DNA of 64,000 bases from a virus. Within the stretch, counting starts at the first letter, position 1. Each line of letters begins with the position of its first letter. Location: positions 1 through 64,000 of the IMG/VR virus record IMGVR_UViG_3300028909_000018; one strand, written 5' to 3'. Of the stretch, positions 54,199 through 64,000 are shown piece after piece. Under the pieces are notes generated by a model. The model made no database searches, was not told the origin of the DNA, and was given only the letters and a program-made list of their open reading frames with translations. A program made the translations under genes and the position numbers.

Positions 54199-55455
54199 CT
54201 AGAACGTATAGATGCGTTTTGTAGGTCTCGTTGCCGCAACGTAAAGACACTGGAAGGCTTCCTGTGACTTGTGGTTACAGAGGATGTCCTGCTGGTCAAT
54301 GTAGCACTCGGTTATTGTCGAACCTTGGGCTCTATGCGCCGTCAGGGCATATCCATATCTTACCTCATCGAGGTAATTCTTCAAATCCCAGAATTCCTTC
54401 CATGCGGCTCTTTTTCCGCCCTTACTGACATTCTTGGCTTCGATGGCCTTGCGTGATAGTAGCACATTTAATGCGTCTTGATCAACAGGAACTTTCAAAA
54501 TAATTTCCTGATTGTTGTTCTTAACGTACAATTCCCAATATTCGATATCATGAATATCATCGATCACCACATAATTTTCATTGGTGGCTTCCTCGACAAT
54601 ATATTCATCATCGGTGTGGGCGATAAATTCATCGTTCCTGACGACAGGCTTGCCGATCAGGATAATATCACCAGCCTCGTACTTTTGGGTGAACAACAAC
54701 TTGCGGCGAATAATTGTGTTATAATAATTAACCGTATCATTGCGCCATGCGATGACCTTGGTTTCATTGAAGTTGACACTTCTAATTTTACTCAAAAGAT
54801 GATCTTCAAATTCTCTCTTCGAATCAAAAAGAAAGACACCATCACCCTCGGCGCTGACATCCTGCCGGATCGGAGAGATATAATTCTTTTCACGGAGACA
54901 GGCGCGGATTTCAGTCGCCATATTCAGCAACTCATTATCATTCCGCATGACTGTTCGAAGAATGGCTCTATTACTCTCCTTATCAATTGTTTTCCACGCT
55001 GGACTTGATATTTCATTAACCGGAGGAAGCTGCGCCGGATCACCAACGAAGATGACGCGAATGGCAGGCATGGAGATGATGACGTTTAGAAGTTCTCGAC
55101 CGACCATGGAAGCCTCGTCCACGACGATGATCGAGCCCTTGGGGAAGTAGATTGGCTTGTCAGATTTTGTCAGGACGAGTCGGTCTTCCCGCTCTTCCAT
55201 CTTTAGGCCGAGCAGGGAGTAAATCGTCTTGACGGAGACGCCAAGATTATTTTCCAACACCTTGGAGGCCTTGTTCGTCGTCGCGCTGAAATAGAGGTTC
55301 GGGATATTACTCTGGGCTATCAATTTGGTCAGGAAGGTCTTCCCGGTTCCTGCGAAGCCTTGAAGGAGGAAGAACCGTTCCTTCGTCTTAATCCACTTCT
55401 TGATGGCCTTCAGTGCTTCCTGCTGGTCCACACTCAGATTAATTTTGTTTGTCAA
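54199..55455 (-). CDS. dda: Dda-like SF1B DNA helicase
   Basis: GFAGTGKT, VDEASM, GDPAQLPPV, YALT.H.AQGST and YVA.TR motifs. Confidence 0.9.
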   Translation of the reverse strand: MTNKINLSVDQQEALKAIKKWIKTKERFFLLQGFAGTGKTFLTKLIAQSNIPNLYFSATTNKASKVLENNLGVSVKTIYSLLGLKMEEREDRLVLTKSDKPIYFPKGSIIVVDEASMVGRELLNVIISMPAIRVIFVGDPAQLPPVNEISSPAWKTIDKESNRAILRTVMRNDNELLNMATEIRACLREKNYISPIRQDVSAEGDGVFLFDSKREFEDHLLSKIRSVNFNETKVIAWRNDTVNYYNTIIRRKLLFTQKYEAGDIILIGKPVVRNDEFIAHTDDEYIVEEATNENYVVIDDIHDIEYWELYVKNNNQEIILKVPVDQDALNVLLSRKAIEAKNVSKGGKRAAWKEFWDLKNYLDEVRYGYALTAHRAQGSTITECYIDQQDILCNHKSQEAFQCLYVAATRPTKRIYTF

Positions 55456-55490
55456 TGTTATTTCTTTCTTTGTGTGAAAATTTCTGTATT

Positions 55491-55736
55491 CTAAGTATCC
55501 TGATCCTTCCGCAGCTTATAATTATTAGGATCGAGGATGACGAAATTCATCATCCCATGGTAGCCTTTTTCAAGAAGTGGGGAACCGAGATTGACATAAT
55601 AAATCTCACCACAAGAAAGGGTCTCGCCGGTCCACTTAGCTTCATGGACTATAATCACCCAGCCTTTCATTGTCAACATCCAAGATAGAAGTTCTTTACA
55701 GACTTCGACGTGACAAGTTCCCCAATTTTTCATCAT
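55491..55736 (-). CDS. Hypothetical protein
   Basis: Coupled ORF, GGAGG RBS. Confidence 0.55.
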   Translation of the reverse strand: MMKNWGTCHVEVCKELLSWMLTMKGWVIIVHEAKWTGETLSCGEIYYVNLGSPLLEKGYHGMMNFVILDPNNYKLRKDQDT

Positions 55737-56167
55737 CCCTCCAAAATTACTGGTAGTTTCAAATCATTATTATTCATGGCCAATTCAATCAGGAGCCGGA
55801 TATTCGGAGCCAAATTATTGTAAAAATAATAAGATGGGTTGAACAAGTCCTTGATGGCGAAAACATGAAGCTGCTCATCCGTCAAGGGCCTGATCATATT
55901 TAGATCATGATCTGGAGTATAAAAGAAATGAACTTCAAAGGTGGAAGTCTTGTAGACGGCCAAATATTTCCAAAAAGCCTTACTACTAATGGTGGATTCT
56001 TCCTTGGCCTCACGATACATGCATTCTAGCGGGGTTTCCCCTTCCTCGACATGACCACCGATGCCGTTGAAAAGTCCTTCTTGCCACTTTGGACGGCGCT
56101 TCTGGATTAGCATGACGTTCTGTTTTGGTTCATCAAAAATAAGGCCACACGAATAGAGTTGTGTCAT
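55733..56167 (-). CDS. Nudix hydrolase
   Basis: GGHVEEGETPLECMYREAKEE Nudix box. Confidence 0.9.
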   Translation of the reverse strand: MTQLYSCGLIFDEPKQNVMLIQKRRPKWQEGLFNGIGGHVEEGETPLECMYREAKEESTISSKAFWKYLAVYKTSTFEVHFFYTPDHDLNMIRPLTDEQLHVFAIKDLFNPSYYFYNNLAPNIRLLIELAMNNNDLKLPVILEG

Positions 56168-56601
56168 AAAATAATTCCTTCTCTTGGTAAGAATAATTGA
56201 ATAGGAACCTTTTTCTTTATTGAATAATCAAAAGTGTACCATGTTCCACCCTTGCTCTGGTGTTCCATCTCCCACGGCACCGCCATCATCACGTCAGAAT
56301 TATCAACGATATCCCTGTTGCGTTTCATGTAGGTCTGGGGAGCGTGGATAATATCAGACTTGTGATTATAACGCAAGATAAATTCTAAAGGTGGAAAACA
56401 AACAATTTCATACCCCAAATCCATCGCGATATCAGCGGCTTCGCCGTCCACCCCGATACAATCTCCATGATTAAATTGTGCTACATCAACGCCTTCAATA
56501 ATATCATAAAGGTACTGGTATACATTTTGTTTTTGGTAATTGGTCATACCCGATCTGGTGCCTGTCACACCGACGCGAAACACTGGTTTATCAGTCAACA
56601 T
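56164..56601 (-). CDS. SLOG/DprA-like nucleotide-binding protein
   Basis: GVTGTR, HGDC.G.D, RN..IV..SD and GGTW.T motifs. Confidence 0.75.
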   Translation of the reverse strand: MLTDKPVFRVGVTGTRSGMTNYQKQNVYQYLYDIIEGVDVAQFNHGDCIGVDGEAADIAMDLGYEIVCFPPLEFILRYNHKSDIIHAPQTYMKRNRDIVDNSDVMMAVPWEMEHQSKGGTWYTFDYSIKKKVPIQLFLPREGIIL

Positions 56602-57469
56602 CTTCTCCATTAAATTCTCTGACAGCGGCTTCAGAGACTCTCTTGATGATATTATTTGTGTCACAGGCATAAAGTCCCGAGCATGAGAAGGCATTGAATT
56701 CGATGATCCTAGGACCATCCACGGTCAGCGCCGTATCAACCACATAGACATTATCTGGTTGATACTCTTCTCTTGAAATCTGTTTCGCCAAGGCCTGACA
56801 ATCAGGTTCAACATCGATTCTGATGTCAAGCTTTCCGTCACGCTGATATTGGGACTGCGCGATAACCTCTCGATTACAGATCACATGGCGATACTCACCA
56901 ATAATTGATTTCTCCCGCGCGATGACACAAAGTTCTTCGTCAGAAATATGTTCGTACCTCGATAGCTGCTCTGGGTTATCCTCGGCGGTATTAAAGTCGA
57001 AGACACGGCCAGCAAATGATTTGGTCACCACGTCAGGCCTGATGAACATGCGGTGATCATCAAAATAAGGAGGTTGGAGACCATCAGAAAGGTCGGCATC
57101 CAACCTACGCTTCAACTCACCATAGGGCAGAATCTGCCACCGATCACTCAGCATGAGGCCGGGATATCTCCAACAATAATTGGAGAACTTCAGCGCCTCC
57201 TTCTTGAAATATGCCCCCGGATATCCCAGATTTTTCAAAATCCCACATCGCTCAACCTGATTCAAAAACTGAATCGAACCATAAAGGATGGTCGGCACTG
57301 GATCAAGTTGAGTGAAATTAAAAATAGGTTGAACACTGAAGGGAACATACTTTGTCACAAAGACATTATGTCCCTGATCGACGGCGGCACTTCCTAGGCT
57401 TGGAAATCCCCTGTCACCATCATGACGTTCCAGAAGGATTTCATCGATGACCCAATTACATTTTTCCAT
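56591..57469 (-). CDS. ATP-grasp protein (R2K/DUF4343-like)
   Basis: FIRP...KSF.G, EYR, YVVD and IIEFN.FSCSGLY motifs. Confidence 0.8.
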   Translation of the reverse strand: MEKCNWVIDEILLERHDGDRGFPSLGSAAVDQGHNVFVTKYVPFSVQPIFNFTQLDPVPTILYGSIQFLNQVERCGILKNLGYPGAYFKKEALKFSNYCWRYPGLMLSDRWQILPYGELKRRLDADLSDGLQPPYFDDHRMFIRPDVVTKSFAGRVFDFNTAEDNPEQLSRYEHISDEELCVIAREKSIIGEYRHVICNREVIAQSQYQRDGKLDIRIDVEPDCQALAKQISREEYQPDNVYVVDTALTVDGPRIIEFNAFSCSGLYACDTNNIIKRVSEAAVREFNGEDVD

Positions 57470-57653
57470 GAAAGAAGATTCCAATTTTTTTGCCTAAATT
57501 CATAAAGAACCAAATAAAAATTGTTATGGGCCATAGGATTGATGCAAGGTATAAACCTTGATTCGTAAAAACCTCTTCACCAGTTTTTATATGTGTATAT
57601 CCACAGAAGATGAAGGCGAAAGCAAAATAGAGAAATAGATAAACCCAATCCAT
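57456..57653 (-). CDS. Small membrane protein
   Basis: Two hydrophobic segments, LWP motif. Confidence 0.55.
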   Translation of the reverse strand: MDWVYLFLYFAFAFIFCGYTHIKTGEEVFTNQGLYLASILWPITIFIWFFMNLGKKIGIFFHGKM

Positions 57654-57844
57654 CAGAACATCTCCGATATTTTTACACCTAGTTTAAAGCCCCCCAATAA
57701 CAGGAATCATGAAAGGCCAGAATAACGCTCCACATATAACAATAGGAGCAGACCAAAATTTGTGTTGCGCATAGCCGCCAAACAAGGCAGCTATTGCAAA
57801 GTATCCAATCACAAAAAGAAACGTTAAAATCAAATTCCAATCCA

Positions 57845-58243
57845 TCAGCCTTTAACTCCAATGTTATATTTCACGACAAAATTCCAATCCGGCTTCTCGG
57901 CAAAGGGAACCACACGAATTGTCTTCATGCTGGCCACAGGTGACTCGGTGACGGAGGGATTGACAATCTTGACCAGATTCCACTGTTGCAGAAGGTTGGC
58001 GATGGTGTTGCGACGGCCCCGATCCTCGTCGGAGAAATGTTTGCCCTTACCATCCAACATGAACATCTCTAGAAAATGAACGATGTAATACCGGCCTCGC
58101 TTATGTAGAATGTGACAAGTCTGATACAGTGTCTTGTCCTTATGTGAGGCAATCCCGATTCGGGAAAGAGTTTCCTTGACCTTTAAAAAGTCTTCATCAT
58201 ATTTTAGTTCAATCTCTACGAGAGAATCAACGACAGTAGACAT
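57845..58243 (-). CDS. regA: Translational repressor RegA
   Basis: DFLKVKETL.RIGIAS...LYQ.CHILHK.G.YYIVHF.E motif. Confidence 0.95.
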   Translation of the reverse strand: MSTVVDSLVEIELKYDEDFLKVKETLSRIGIASHKDKTLYQTCHILHKRGRYYIVHFLEMFMLDGKGKHFSDEDRGRRNTIANLLQQWNLVKIVNPSVTESPVASMKTIRVVPFAEKPDWNFVVKYNIGVKG

Positions 58244-58244
58244 A

Positions 58245-58628
58245 TTAATCTCCTTTTCTTATTATTGTTTCTTCATACCATTCTTTGATATACTGTAACT
58301 GTTCCTCGGTAAGGATTTTTAATGTATCCGCCGCGTGGTTAATGGAACAATCATAATATTCTGATATTATCTTGATGTTTTCGTCGGCCTCACTTTTAAA
58401 CCATTTCGAATATCTCTTCCTTCCTTTGATGGAGTTGAAGTAAAAATCCTTATGGAATTCTTTCGGGATATCTTTGGAGAACGAAGCCGCCTCGGCAGCA
58501 TAAAGGATCGTGTCAACATGATACGAGAAGAATCGATCCGTAAGGTATTTGTCGTAGCCCTTGTCTAGTTCCGTCTCCTGACGGTTACTGAGAGCCGCAA
58601 TATGCTCAAAAGGTTTTAACAAAGGCAT
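58245..58628 (-). CDS. gp62: Clamp loader small subunit gp62
   Basis: RKRYSKW.K and EYY..S...A motifs; position between gp44 and regA. Confidence 0.85.
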   Translation of the reverse strand: MPLLKPFEHIAALSNRQETELDKGYDKYLTDRFFSYHVDTILYAAEAASFSKDIPKEFHKDFYFNSIKGRKRYSKWFKSEADENIKIISEYYDCSINHAADTLKILTEEQLQYIKEWYEETIIRKGD

Positions 58629-58809
58629 ATGTCATCACAATAAATATAAAGTAAAACATGAAAAGATATATATAATCATCCTTCTTTAATTCACGATGGA
58701 GCATCATAAATGTTCCTGAAAGAAGAGCCAAGATGGAAAATCCATATATGACAAATATGGAGCACCAGATGAAACCGTAAAAAATATTAAATATAAGATC
58801 AAGCAACAT
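58606..58809 (-). CDS. Small membrane protein inserted between gp44 and gp62
   Basis: Hydrophobic 67 aa. Confidence 0.5.
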   Translation of the reverse strand: MLLDLIFNIFYGFIWCSIFVIYGFSILALLSGTFMMLHRELKKDDYIYLFMFYFIFIVMTYAFVKTF

Positions 58810-58812
58810 GGT

Positions 58813-59769
58813 TTATTCCTTCCACACCATTTCAGACATAATCTGTGTTAAAAATGCCACGGTATTGATTTCTTTATCAATCACGAAGGCCTGTTTGTAG
58901 TCATATTCATTGTATAGCACAACGAAGGACGGAAGGCAAGAAATTTGAACCTTCAATCTGACGCCATTTAGGAGCCGACGCGCGAAGGCGTTGAAATCAT
59001 TGACGGAGTTGTAGTTCTCTCCGACCCACTTTCGCATACCATTCCAGTTCTTCGACTTTAAAAGGTCGATGATATCATCTACCGACTCTTCCGAGGAAAT
59101 AGACAAAATTCCTGTGTCAATTGTCTTGGCCTTCACCGAATAGGCATGTAGCTCCACCAGCGTCTTACGCCAGTCAGGATAATACTTCTTGACAACCTCG
59201 GCCACAACCTTCTTGTCATAGGTGACACTTTCCTGATCGAGAATAGTAAATACGGAAATCAGAAACTCCCGACCAAGAATGGGTAGGTCTTCCTTGGTTA
59301 GGTTGAAATCTATGGTGGCGAAGCGGGAGAAGTAGGCGCTATCCAGCCGTTCCTTATGATTACACGTTATGATGAAACCTGCGTTGGAAGCAAACTCTTC
59401 TATGAAGCTTTTAAGCGCCTCCTGAGAGGCCTTCAGCATTCCGTCACCTTCGTCAAAGACAATGTACTTTCTGCCGTCCTTGAAGCTTACAGACGAGGCA
59501 AAGTCCATTACCTCGTTGCGGATCACATCAATCCCCTTCTTTAGGGATGAGTTGATCTTAATATAATCCGCATCAATTTCATCAAGCATGGCAAGAGCCA
59601 CGGAAGTCTTCCCAACACCGGGAGGGCCAGCCAGAACAAGATTTGGAATATTCTTATCATCAACATATCCTTGAAAGAGGCTCTTGATACGCTCTGGTAG
59701 GATGCATTCTTTTACCGTCGTTGGACGATATTTGTCGGCCCATCCAAAATATTTTCTATCGCCCTGCAT
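58813..59769 (-). CDS. gp44: Clamp loader large subunit gp44
   Basis: W..KYRP..V.ECILP, GPPGVGKT and DE.D motifs. Confidence 0.95.
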   Translation of the reverse strand: MQGDRKYFGWADKYRPTTVKECILPERIKSLFQGYVDDKNIPNLVLAGPPGVGKTSVALAMLDEIDADYIKINSSLKKGIDVIRNEVMDFASSVSFKDGRKYIVFDEGDGMLKASQEALKSFIEEFASNAGFIITCNHKERLDSAYFSRFATIDFNLTKEDLPILGREFLISVFTILDQESVTYDKKVVAEVVKKYYPDWRKTLVELHAYSVKAKTIDTGILSISSEESVDDIIDLLKSKNWNGMRKWVGENYNSVNDFNAFARRLLNGVRLKVQISCLPSFVVLYNEYDYKQAFVIDKEINTVAFLTQIMSEMVWKE

Positions 59770-59868
59770 GATCCTTAAATCCCTTCATAAACAATAAAAT
59801 CATTTTTGTCACACAATACGCCAAGAAACCACAAACAATAACCGTGGGTCCATAGGCGAGAAGGCAAA

Positions 59869-60531
59869 TCAACACGAAGACTTATCTTTGTTATATGCGA
59901 AGTAGTAAGAAATTCTGTCGGATTTGAAGGAGATGGCCCCCTTCTTGGAAACGCCGACGGCATAATCCGCATCAATTAGGTTTAATAGCTCACGCGGCAC
60001 GACAATTTTAAAAACCGCCTCGGTCTCTCCGATCAGCGTCGCTGCCGAGTCGCCATTCTCGTTGGCGTTGACCACTTCCAGATAAATCTTGGTTCCATTA
60101 CCCCGGAAGGTGATGTAGTCCGACTTCAGGATATTGGCCAGCTTCATGGTACTCGAATAATCTTCGTACTTCAAGCCAAAAGAAACATCATTCGTCATCT
60201 TGGCATACTTGGCCGGATTCTTTTCAAATTTAATGAATTCTGGCTTTGTAAGCTGATAATTACAGACATTTGTCTTGCCCTCGGTCGAAATCTTCAGAAA
60301 ACGATCCGAAACGACGACTTCGGGGTTATCATAAAGACTGAGGATGGAGAGAAGCTTTGGCAGGGAAAAGATCGAGAATGCTGTTTCGACCTCAACATCT
60401 GACTTCGTGGAGGCGAAAACACTTCCAGCAGCCGAGATGACCGACTGCTCAAATCCCTCAACAAAATGCATTTGAGGGTTAATTGTGGAGAAGTTTTTCA
60501 AAATCTCCACAAACGCCTTTGTAAACTTCAA
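59869..60531 (-). CDS. gp45: Sliding clamp gp45 (TTG start)
   Basis: (M)KFT....EILKNFSTIN N-terminus; upstream of gp44. Confidence 0.88.
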   Translation of the reverse strand: MKFTKAFVEILKNFSTINPQMHFVEGFEQSVISAAGSVFASTKSDVEVETAFSIFSLPKLLSILSLYDNPEVVVSDRFLKISTEGKTNVCNYQLTKPEFIKFEKNPAKYAKMTNDVSFGLKYEDYSSTMKLANILKSDYITFRGNGTKIYLEVVNANENGDSAATLIGETEAVFKIVVPRELLNLIDADYAVGVSKKGAISFKSDRISYYFAYNKDKSSC

Positions 60532-60532
60532 A

Positions 60533-60763
60533 TTACCAACCCCAGACTGAGAAGAAACCACCACTACGAAGGACGATGAGAGTCAAAATCCCACTTAGAA
60601 AGAAGACAAGTCCTGTACCGATATTCTTCCCCTTCCTTTCTTCATCGAAGTTTTTATGGTGATAAATTTCATAAAAAGTAACACTAGAACTGTATATTAG
60701 ACGTATCAATCCATTGATGATTATATACATATTCCAAATCAACATCCAATACTGAGGCCACAT
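60533..60763 (-). CDS. Small membrane protein
   Basis: AAGG RBS, hydrophobic segments. Confidence 0.5.
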   Translation of the reverse strand: MWPQYWMLIWNMYIIINGLIRLIYSSSVTFYEIYHHKNFDEERKGKNIGTGLVFFLSGILTLIVLRSGGFFSVWGW

Positions 60764-60841
60764 AGTTTACTTACCTTTATTTTTTGTTGGAGCAACATCT
60801 ACTTGTAGTTATTATTTAAAATAATTTAACCTATCTTATTG

Positions 60842-61837
60842 TTATTTATTCTTTTTTCCAAGTTTTGATATTTCCGCCGTTGGAGAAGCGCCGATACCCG
60901 CAAGATCGGCCAGACTTCCGCCGTAAACCATCGTGCCGGTGTGATTTGTCTTCATCCATGGGCAAAGCCAGATATGCAGACCGATCTGTTGGATTTTCTG
61001 GGAGAACCAATAATCCTCGGAAAGATATCTCTTAGAAGAACGACTGAAGGCATTGTTATACTCTTCTAAGAGCGTTGTCAAGTCGGCCTGAAGACCGGCT
61101 AGAACCTTTGTGTCTTCGGCTTCCTTGGTCTTCTCAAGCGCCATCACGACGCGATTTTTAAAGACGTTCAAATCAGGAACGTCGATTTCTGCCTGAAAGA
61201 ACTGGCAAATCTCTCTTGAACCGTCGAAATGCTCAGTACGAACATGATCTGGACGATACATATATTGAGGGAAAGACTCCTGAAACTTGACCAAGGTGCT
61301 GCGGCGGATCATCATGAATCCGGTCCCACCTTCTAGAATTTCACAAGGCTCTCCAATCGGAATGTTGCCGGTTCCCGACTTGGGATTGAACACGAAGTCA
61401 CCAACGAACTTATCCAGAACTTGGGGATTCTCGTCGTTGGGTCCACAGACGCCTGAATTGACGGCCTGAACGATCTTCTCCCAGCTAATGCACTTCTTGG
61501 GGTAAGGAGCACAAAGCACATCGTATGGTGAATCATCGGTCATGATGCCCATCATGGCGATAACATCGCCGGGATCGAAGCCGATGTCGGCGTCTAGGAA
61601 CAGAAGATAATCCATCTTCGAACGAAGAAATTCATCGACGCAGTAATTACGGGCTCTGGTAATCAGAGACTCGTTGAAAAGTGCAAAGAATTGAAGTTCA
61701 ATATTATAACGTGTGCAGATGGCCGTCAGGTCGGCCATTGATTTGGTATACATACCACCACACATACCGCCATACATTGGCGTAGCAACAAATAATTTCT
61801 TCTTGGCCAATTCCTCATGAGTTAACTTAATTTCCAT
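60842..61837 (-). CDS. GT-A-fold glycosyltransferase-like protein
   Basis: VATPMYGG, NESLITRARN, FLDADI (DxD), GTGFM.IRR and YLSEDY motifs. Confidence 0.75.
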   Translation of the reverse strand: MEIKLTHEELAKKKLFVATPMYGGMCGGMYTKSMADLTAICTRYNIELQFFALFNESLITRARNYCVDEFLRSKMDYLLFLDADIGFDPGDVIAMMGIMTDDSPYDVLCAPYPKKCISWEKIVQAVNSGVCGPNDENPQVLDKFVGDFVFNPKSGTGNIPIGEPCEILEGGTGFMMIRRSTLVKFQESFPQYMYRPDHVRTEHFDGSREICQFFQAEIDVPDLNVFKNRVVMALEKTKEAEDTKVLAGLQADLTTLLEEYNNAFSRSSKRYLSEDYWFSQKIQQIGLHIWLCPWMKTNHTGTMVYGGSLADLAGIGASPTAEISKLGKKNK

Positions 61838-61843
61838 ATGGTT

Positions 61844-62071
61844 TTATATTTCCTTTTCTTGTTTTTGGGATTTTCTTGTTAGGATCAGTCTATTATTTTT
61901 CATTACTGAATCCCACTCTTCCATGTCGATTGTAACCGTATTCCAGTTGTCACTTATCTTTATTGCATACTCAGATAAGATATATCCGGCCAAACTTATA
62001 TCGATATCCGCGACATGTATAGATGAAATTCCTGTTGTCGTTGTCCATGGTGCTACGTAATCTTTAAACAT
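61844..62071 (-). CDS. Hypothetical protein
   Basis: Coupled ORF. Confidence 0.55.
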   Translation of the reverse strand: MFKDYVAPWTTTTGISSIHVADIDISLAGYILSEYAIKISDNWNTVTIDMEEWDSVMKNNRLILTRKSQKQEKEI

Positions 62072-62490
62072 TAGAATTTTTTGCCACCCTTTTTTTCACG
62101 GTTCTCAACCTTATGGTCGGCGCGAGTGGTGTTATAAAGAAACTTTTCCACCACGGCCCCACCGATATCCAACCCCTGTTGTGCGGCAAGATCGAAGATG
62201 CGGATCACGGCGTCGGCCAGTTCGGCCTCAATTCCCTTGCGGTTCGGTAGATGGTCATCCATCAGGCCCTTGCGCTGCGCCTCCAACGCCTCGGATAGTT
62301 CCGAATGAATCAGGGCAATCATGGTGGAAATGAGATAGTTTTCGAAGACCGGAACCAGCTTAGGCGCGTGTTCAGTCAAAATGCTGGTGATTTCATCGGA
62401 CTTGTTACGCCAGCCCTGCTTGATATTGAAATCACCAACAATCTTCGACATTAAATTTAGGTTGTCACCATCATAGTCTGTAAGTTTCAA
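62071..62490 (-). CDS. MazG-like nucleotide pyrophosphohydrolase
   Basis: LIHSELSEALE and ELAD..IRI.D motifs. Confidence 0.85.
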   Translation of the reverse strand: MKLTDYDGDNLNLMSKIVGDFNIKQGWRNKSDEITSILTEHAPKLVPVFENYLISTMIALIHSELSEALEAQRKGLMDDHLPNRKGIEAELADAVIRIFDLAAQQGLDIGGAVVEKFLYNTTRADHKVENREKKGGKKF

Positions 62491-62493
62491 AAC

Positions 62494-62994
62494 TCAATCC
62501 TTTGTGTAATAGTCTAGGTTACGGGGAGTATAGTTATCTAGCATCTCGACGCAGATATTATAACGACGAGCCATATTTGCGACTCGGGAATCTCCAATTT
62601 CATCATGAACGTGACCATAGAGATGGATGGAACCATGGAATTTCTTGTTCCACGACTCGATGGGATAGTGATCCATCACGACATGTTTGCTGTTATGAAC
62701 GAATTCAAGCCGCGTGTGGATGGCCTTCCAGCCCAAATTTCTCGTCGCCGTATGGTCATGGTTGCCCAGCACCAATTCCTTATAACCCTTCAGGCGTTGA
62801 AATATTCCGGTATCACTCTTGTAGAACATGAAGTCGCCATTACAAATCACCCGATCTGTAGGTTCGACAACAGAATTCCAATTTTTAATCAGAGCCTCGT
62901 CCATCTCCGTGACGGAGGCGAAGGGGCGGTTACAAAACTTGATGATATTCGCGTGTCCAAAGTGTGGATCGGAGATTACCCATGTGTTTGTCAT
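62494..62994 (-). CDS. Calcineurin-like metallophosphoesterase
   Basis: SDPHFGH, GD, GNHD, HYP and GHVH motifs. Confidence 0.9.
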   Translation of the reverse strand: MTNTWVISDPHFGHANIIKFCNRPFASVTEMDEALIKNWNSVVEPTDRVICNGDFMFYKSDTGIFQRLKGYKELVLGNHDHTATRNLGWKAIHTRLEFVHNSKHVVMDHYPIESWNKKFHGSIHLYGHVHDEIGDSRVANMARRYNICVEMLDNYTPRNLDYYTKD

Positions 62995-63023
62995 TCTAAA
63001 ATTCCTTCTTCATTTTCATCATT

Positions 63024-63413
63024 CTACTTCAAAGACTTCAAACATGCAAGCAAAAACCCCTGCACGTCTTCAAAATTATTCTGGTCATTCAAACGGTCGA
63101 TTCCGTTATATCCGTTAAGATAGGACATTCTGTTAAGAAAAGCTAACGTTTTTGTGTCGGCATCTAGCCTATAGGCGGCACCAAGAATACAAAACTTACA
63201 GGCATCTGCACTGGAAGGATCGAATAGATGTATGTTATTTATATCCTTTGCGAGAGCATATTGACACCAATTCTCTTCTTTTTTGATTAATTCTGAAATA
63301 TTTTCGATATCGGTACGAATAACCAGCTTGGCCTCTTCATAGTCTTTGTTAATGACAGGTTTCCTAGAAAAAGTCTTTGAAAGCCGACTTGTCAAGTTTC
63401 TTACTAGTATCAT
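63024..63413 (-). CDS. Hypothetical protein
   Basis: WCQ..A...FCILGA...ND motif; start uncertain. Confidence 0.55.
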   Translation of the reverse strand: MILVRNLTSRLSKTFSRKPVINKDYEEAKLVIRTDIENISELIKKEENWCQYALAKDINNIHLFDPSSADACKFCILGAAYRLDADTKTLAFLNRMSYLNGYNGIDRLNDQNNFEDVQGFLLACLKSLK

Positions 63414-64000
63414 TTATAAATCTTTCCTTCTCTTCCTTAGTGTTGGACATGGTATTCTGGTCTGTCGCGCCGAGATTGAACAACTGCATCTTGGCCTTGT
63501 TAATCCCGACGAGAAACTTCTTATAGGTGTTCACGTCGTTATATCTATTTTTAATTTGAACGAACTGCATCTGACGATCCCGCTCTAGCTCTTCTGACGA
63601 CATGAGAGCCCAGATATGATCCGCCGTCATGGCGGTGCCAAAACTTTCAGAAACATCTTCCATGCCGGGATCAGACGAGGTATAACCCGATCTATTAAAT
63701 TGAGTCGCGGTGATAATCGGCACCGAGAATTCAACCGATAGACCACGTATTTCTTCACCCACCACCTTGACATATTCATAAATGCTGCCACCACCCATCT
63801 TCATGGTGGAGGAAAGACAGATATTCAGATAATCAATATAGATGATGTCGGGAACGAAATTCTTCTTTAATTTCAATTCCTTGATAACGGCCCGAAAGTT
63901 GGCCGAGCCAGCCTGTCGGGTAGGATATTCCTTGACGACTAGCCGTCCTGTCGTCTTGGCCTTCAATCTATTGATACTATTAACGAAATGTTCCTTTGGA
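63364..64000 (-). CDS. gp41: Replicative helicase gp41, C-terminal part (starts beyond the window)
   Basis: KEYPT, IDYLNIC, ATQ.NR.GY..SD, SESFG...TAD and KNRY.D motifs. Confidence 0.93.
   Translation of the reverse strand, partial: PKEHFVNSINRLKAKTTGRLVVKEYPTRQAGSANFRAVIKELKLKKNFVPDIIYIDYLNICLSSTMKMGGGSIYEYVKVVGEEIRGLSVEFSVPIITATQFNRSGYTSSDPGMEDVSESFGTAMTADHIWALMSSEELERDRQMQFVQIKNRYNDVNTYKKFLVGINKAKMQLFNLGATDQNTMSNTKEEKERFINDTSKKLDKSAFKDFF

Overview
This is a 64 kb segment of a T4-like (Tevenvirinae-like) myophage genome, read with the standard code and mostly on the minus strand. The host cannot be determined from the sequence; an alphaproteobacterium is only a guess. Positions 1-40 kb hold the late morphogenesis block: several mosaic Asn/Thr/Ser-rich tail fibres, neck gp13/gp14, gp15, a GH19 endolysin, a 1969-aa DUF4815-like protein, gp8/gp7/gp6/gp25, a split gp5, gp4, gp48, gp53 and a gp27-like hub. 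These genes sit behind ATAAATA late-promoter boxes and are interrupted by small sigma70-promoter islands. Positions 40-50 kb hold an HtrA protease and an RNA-gene region. Positions 50-64 kb hold tmk, spanins, a nucleotidyltransferase, dda, Nudix, ATP-grasp, regA, gp62/44/45, a glycosyltransferase-like gene, MazG, a phosphoesterase and gp41. The strongest novelty candidates are: (1) seven small genes interleaved with neck/baseplate genes that share an N-terminal M-K-[KRY]-L-x-x-I-x(1-3)-[ED] leader resembling the T4 capsid-targeting sequence, five of them ADP-ribosyltransferase-like (four VIP2/Alt-type with the conserved Arg replaced by Ser, one ART-PolyVal-like), suggesting a head-packaged effector set; (2) an RNA cluster with two large structured ncRNAs (kissing loop, pseudoknots), two tRNA-Ser with Sec-like/8-4 folds, two tRNA mimics and an ArfA-like peptide; (3) gp5 split into two genes 11 kb apart; (4) ATT start codons. 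All family assignments come from motif recognition by eye, with no database searches.
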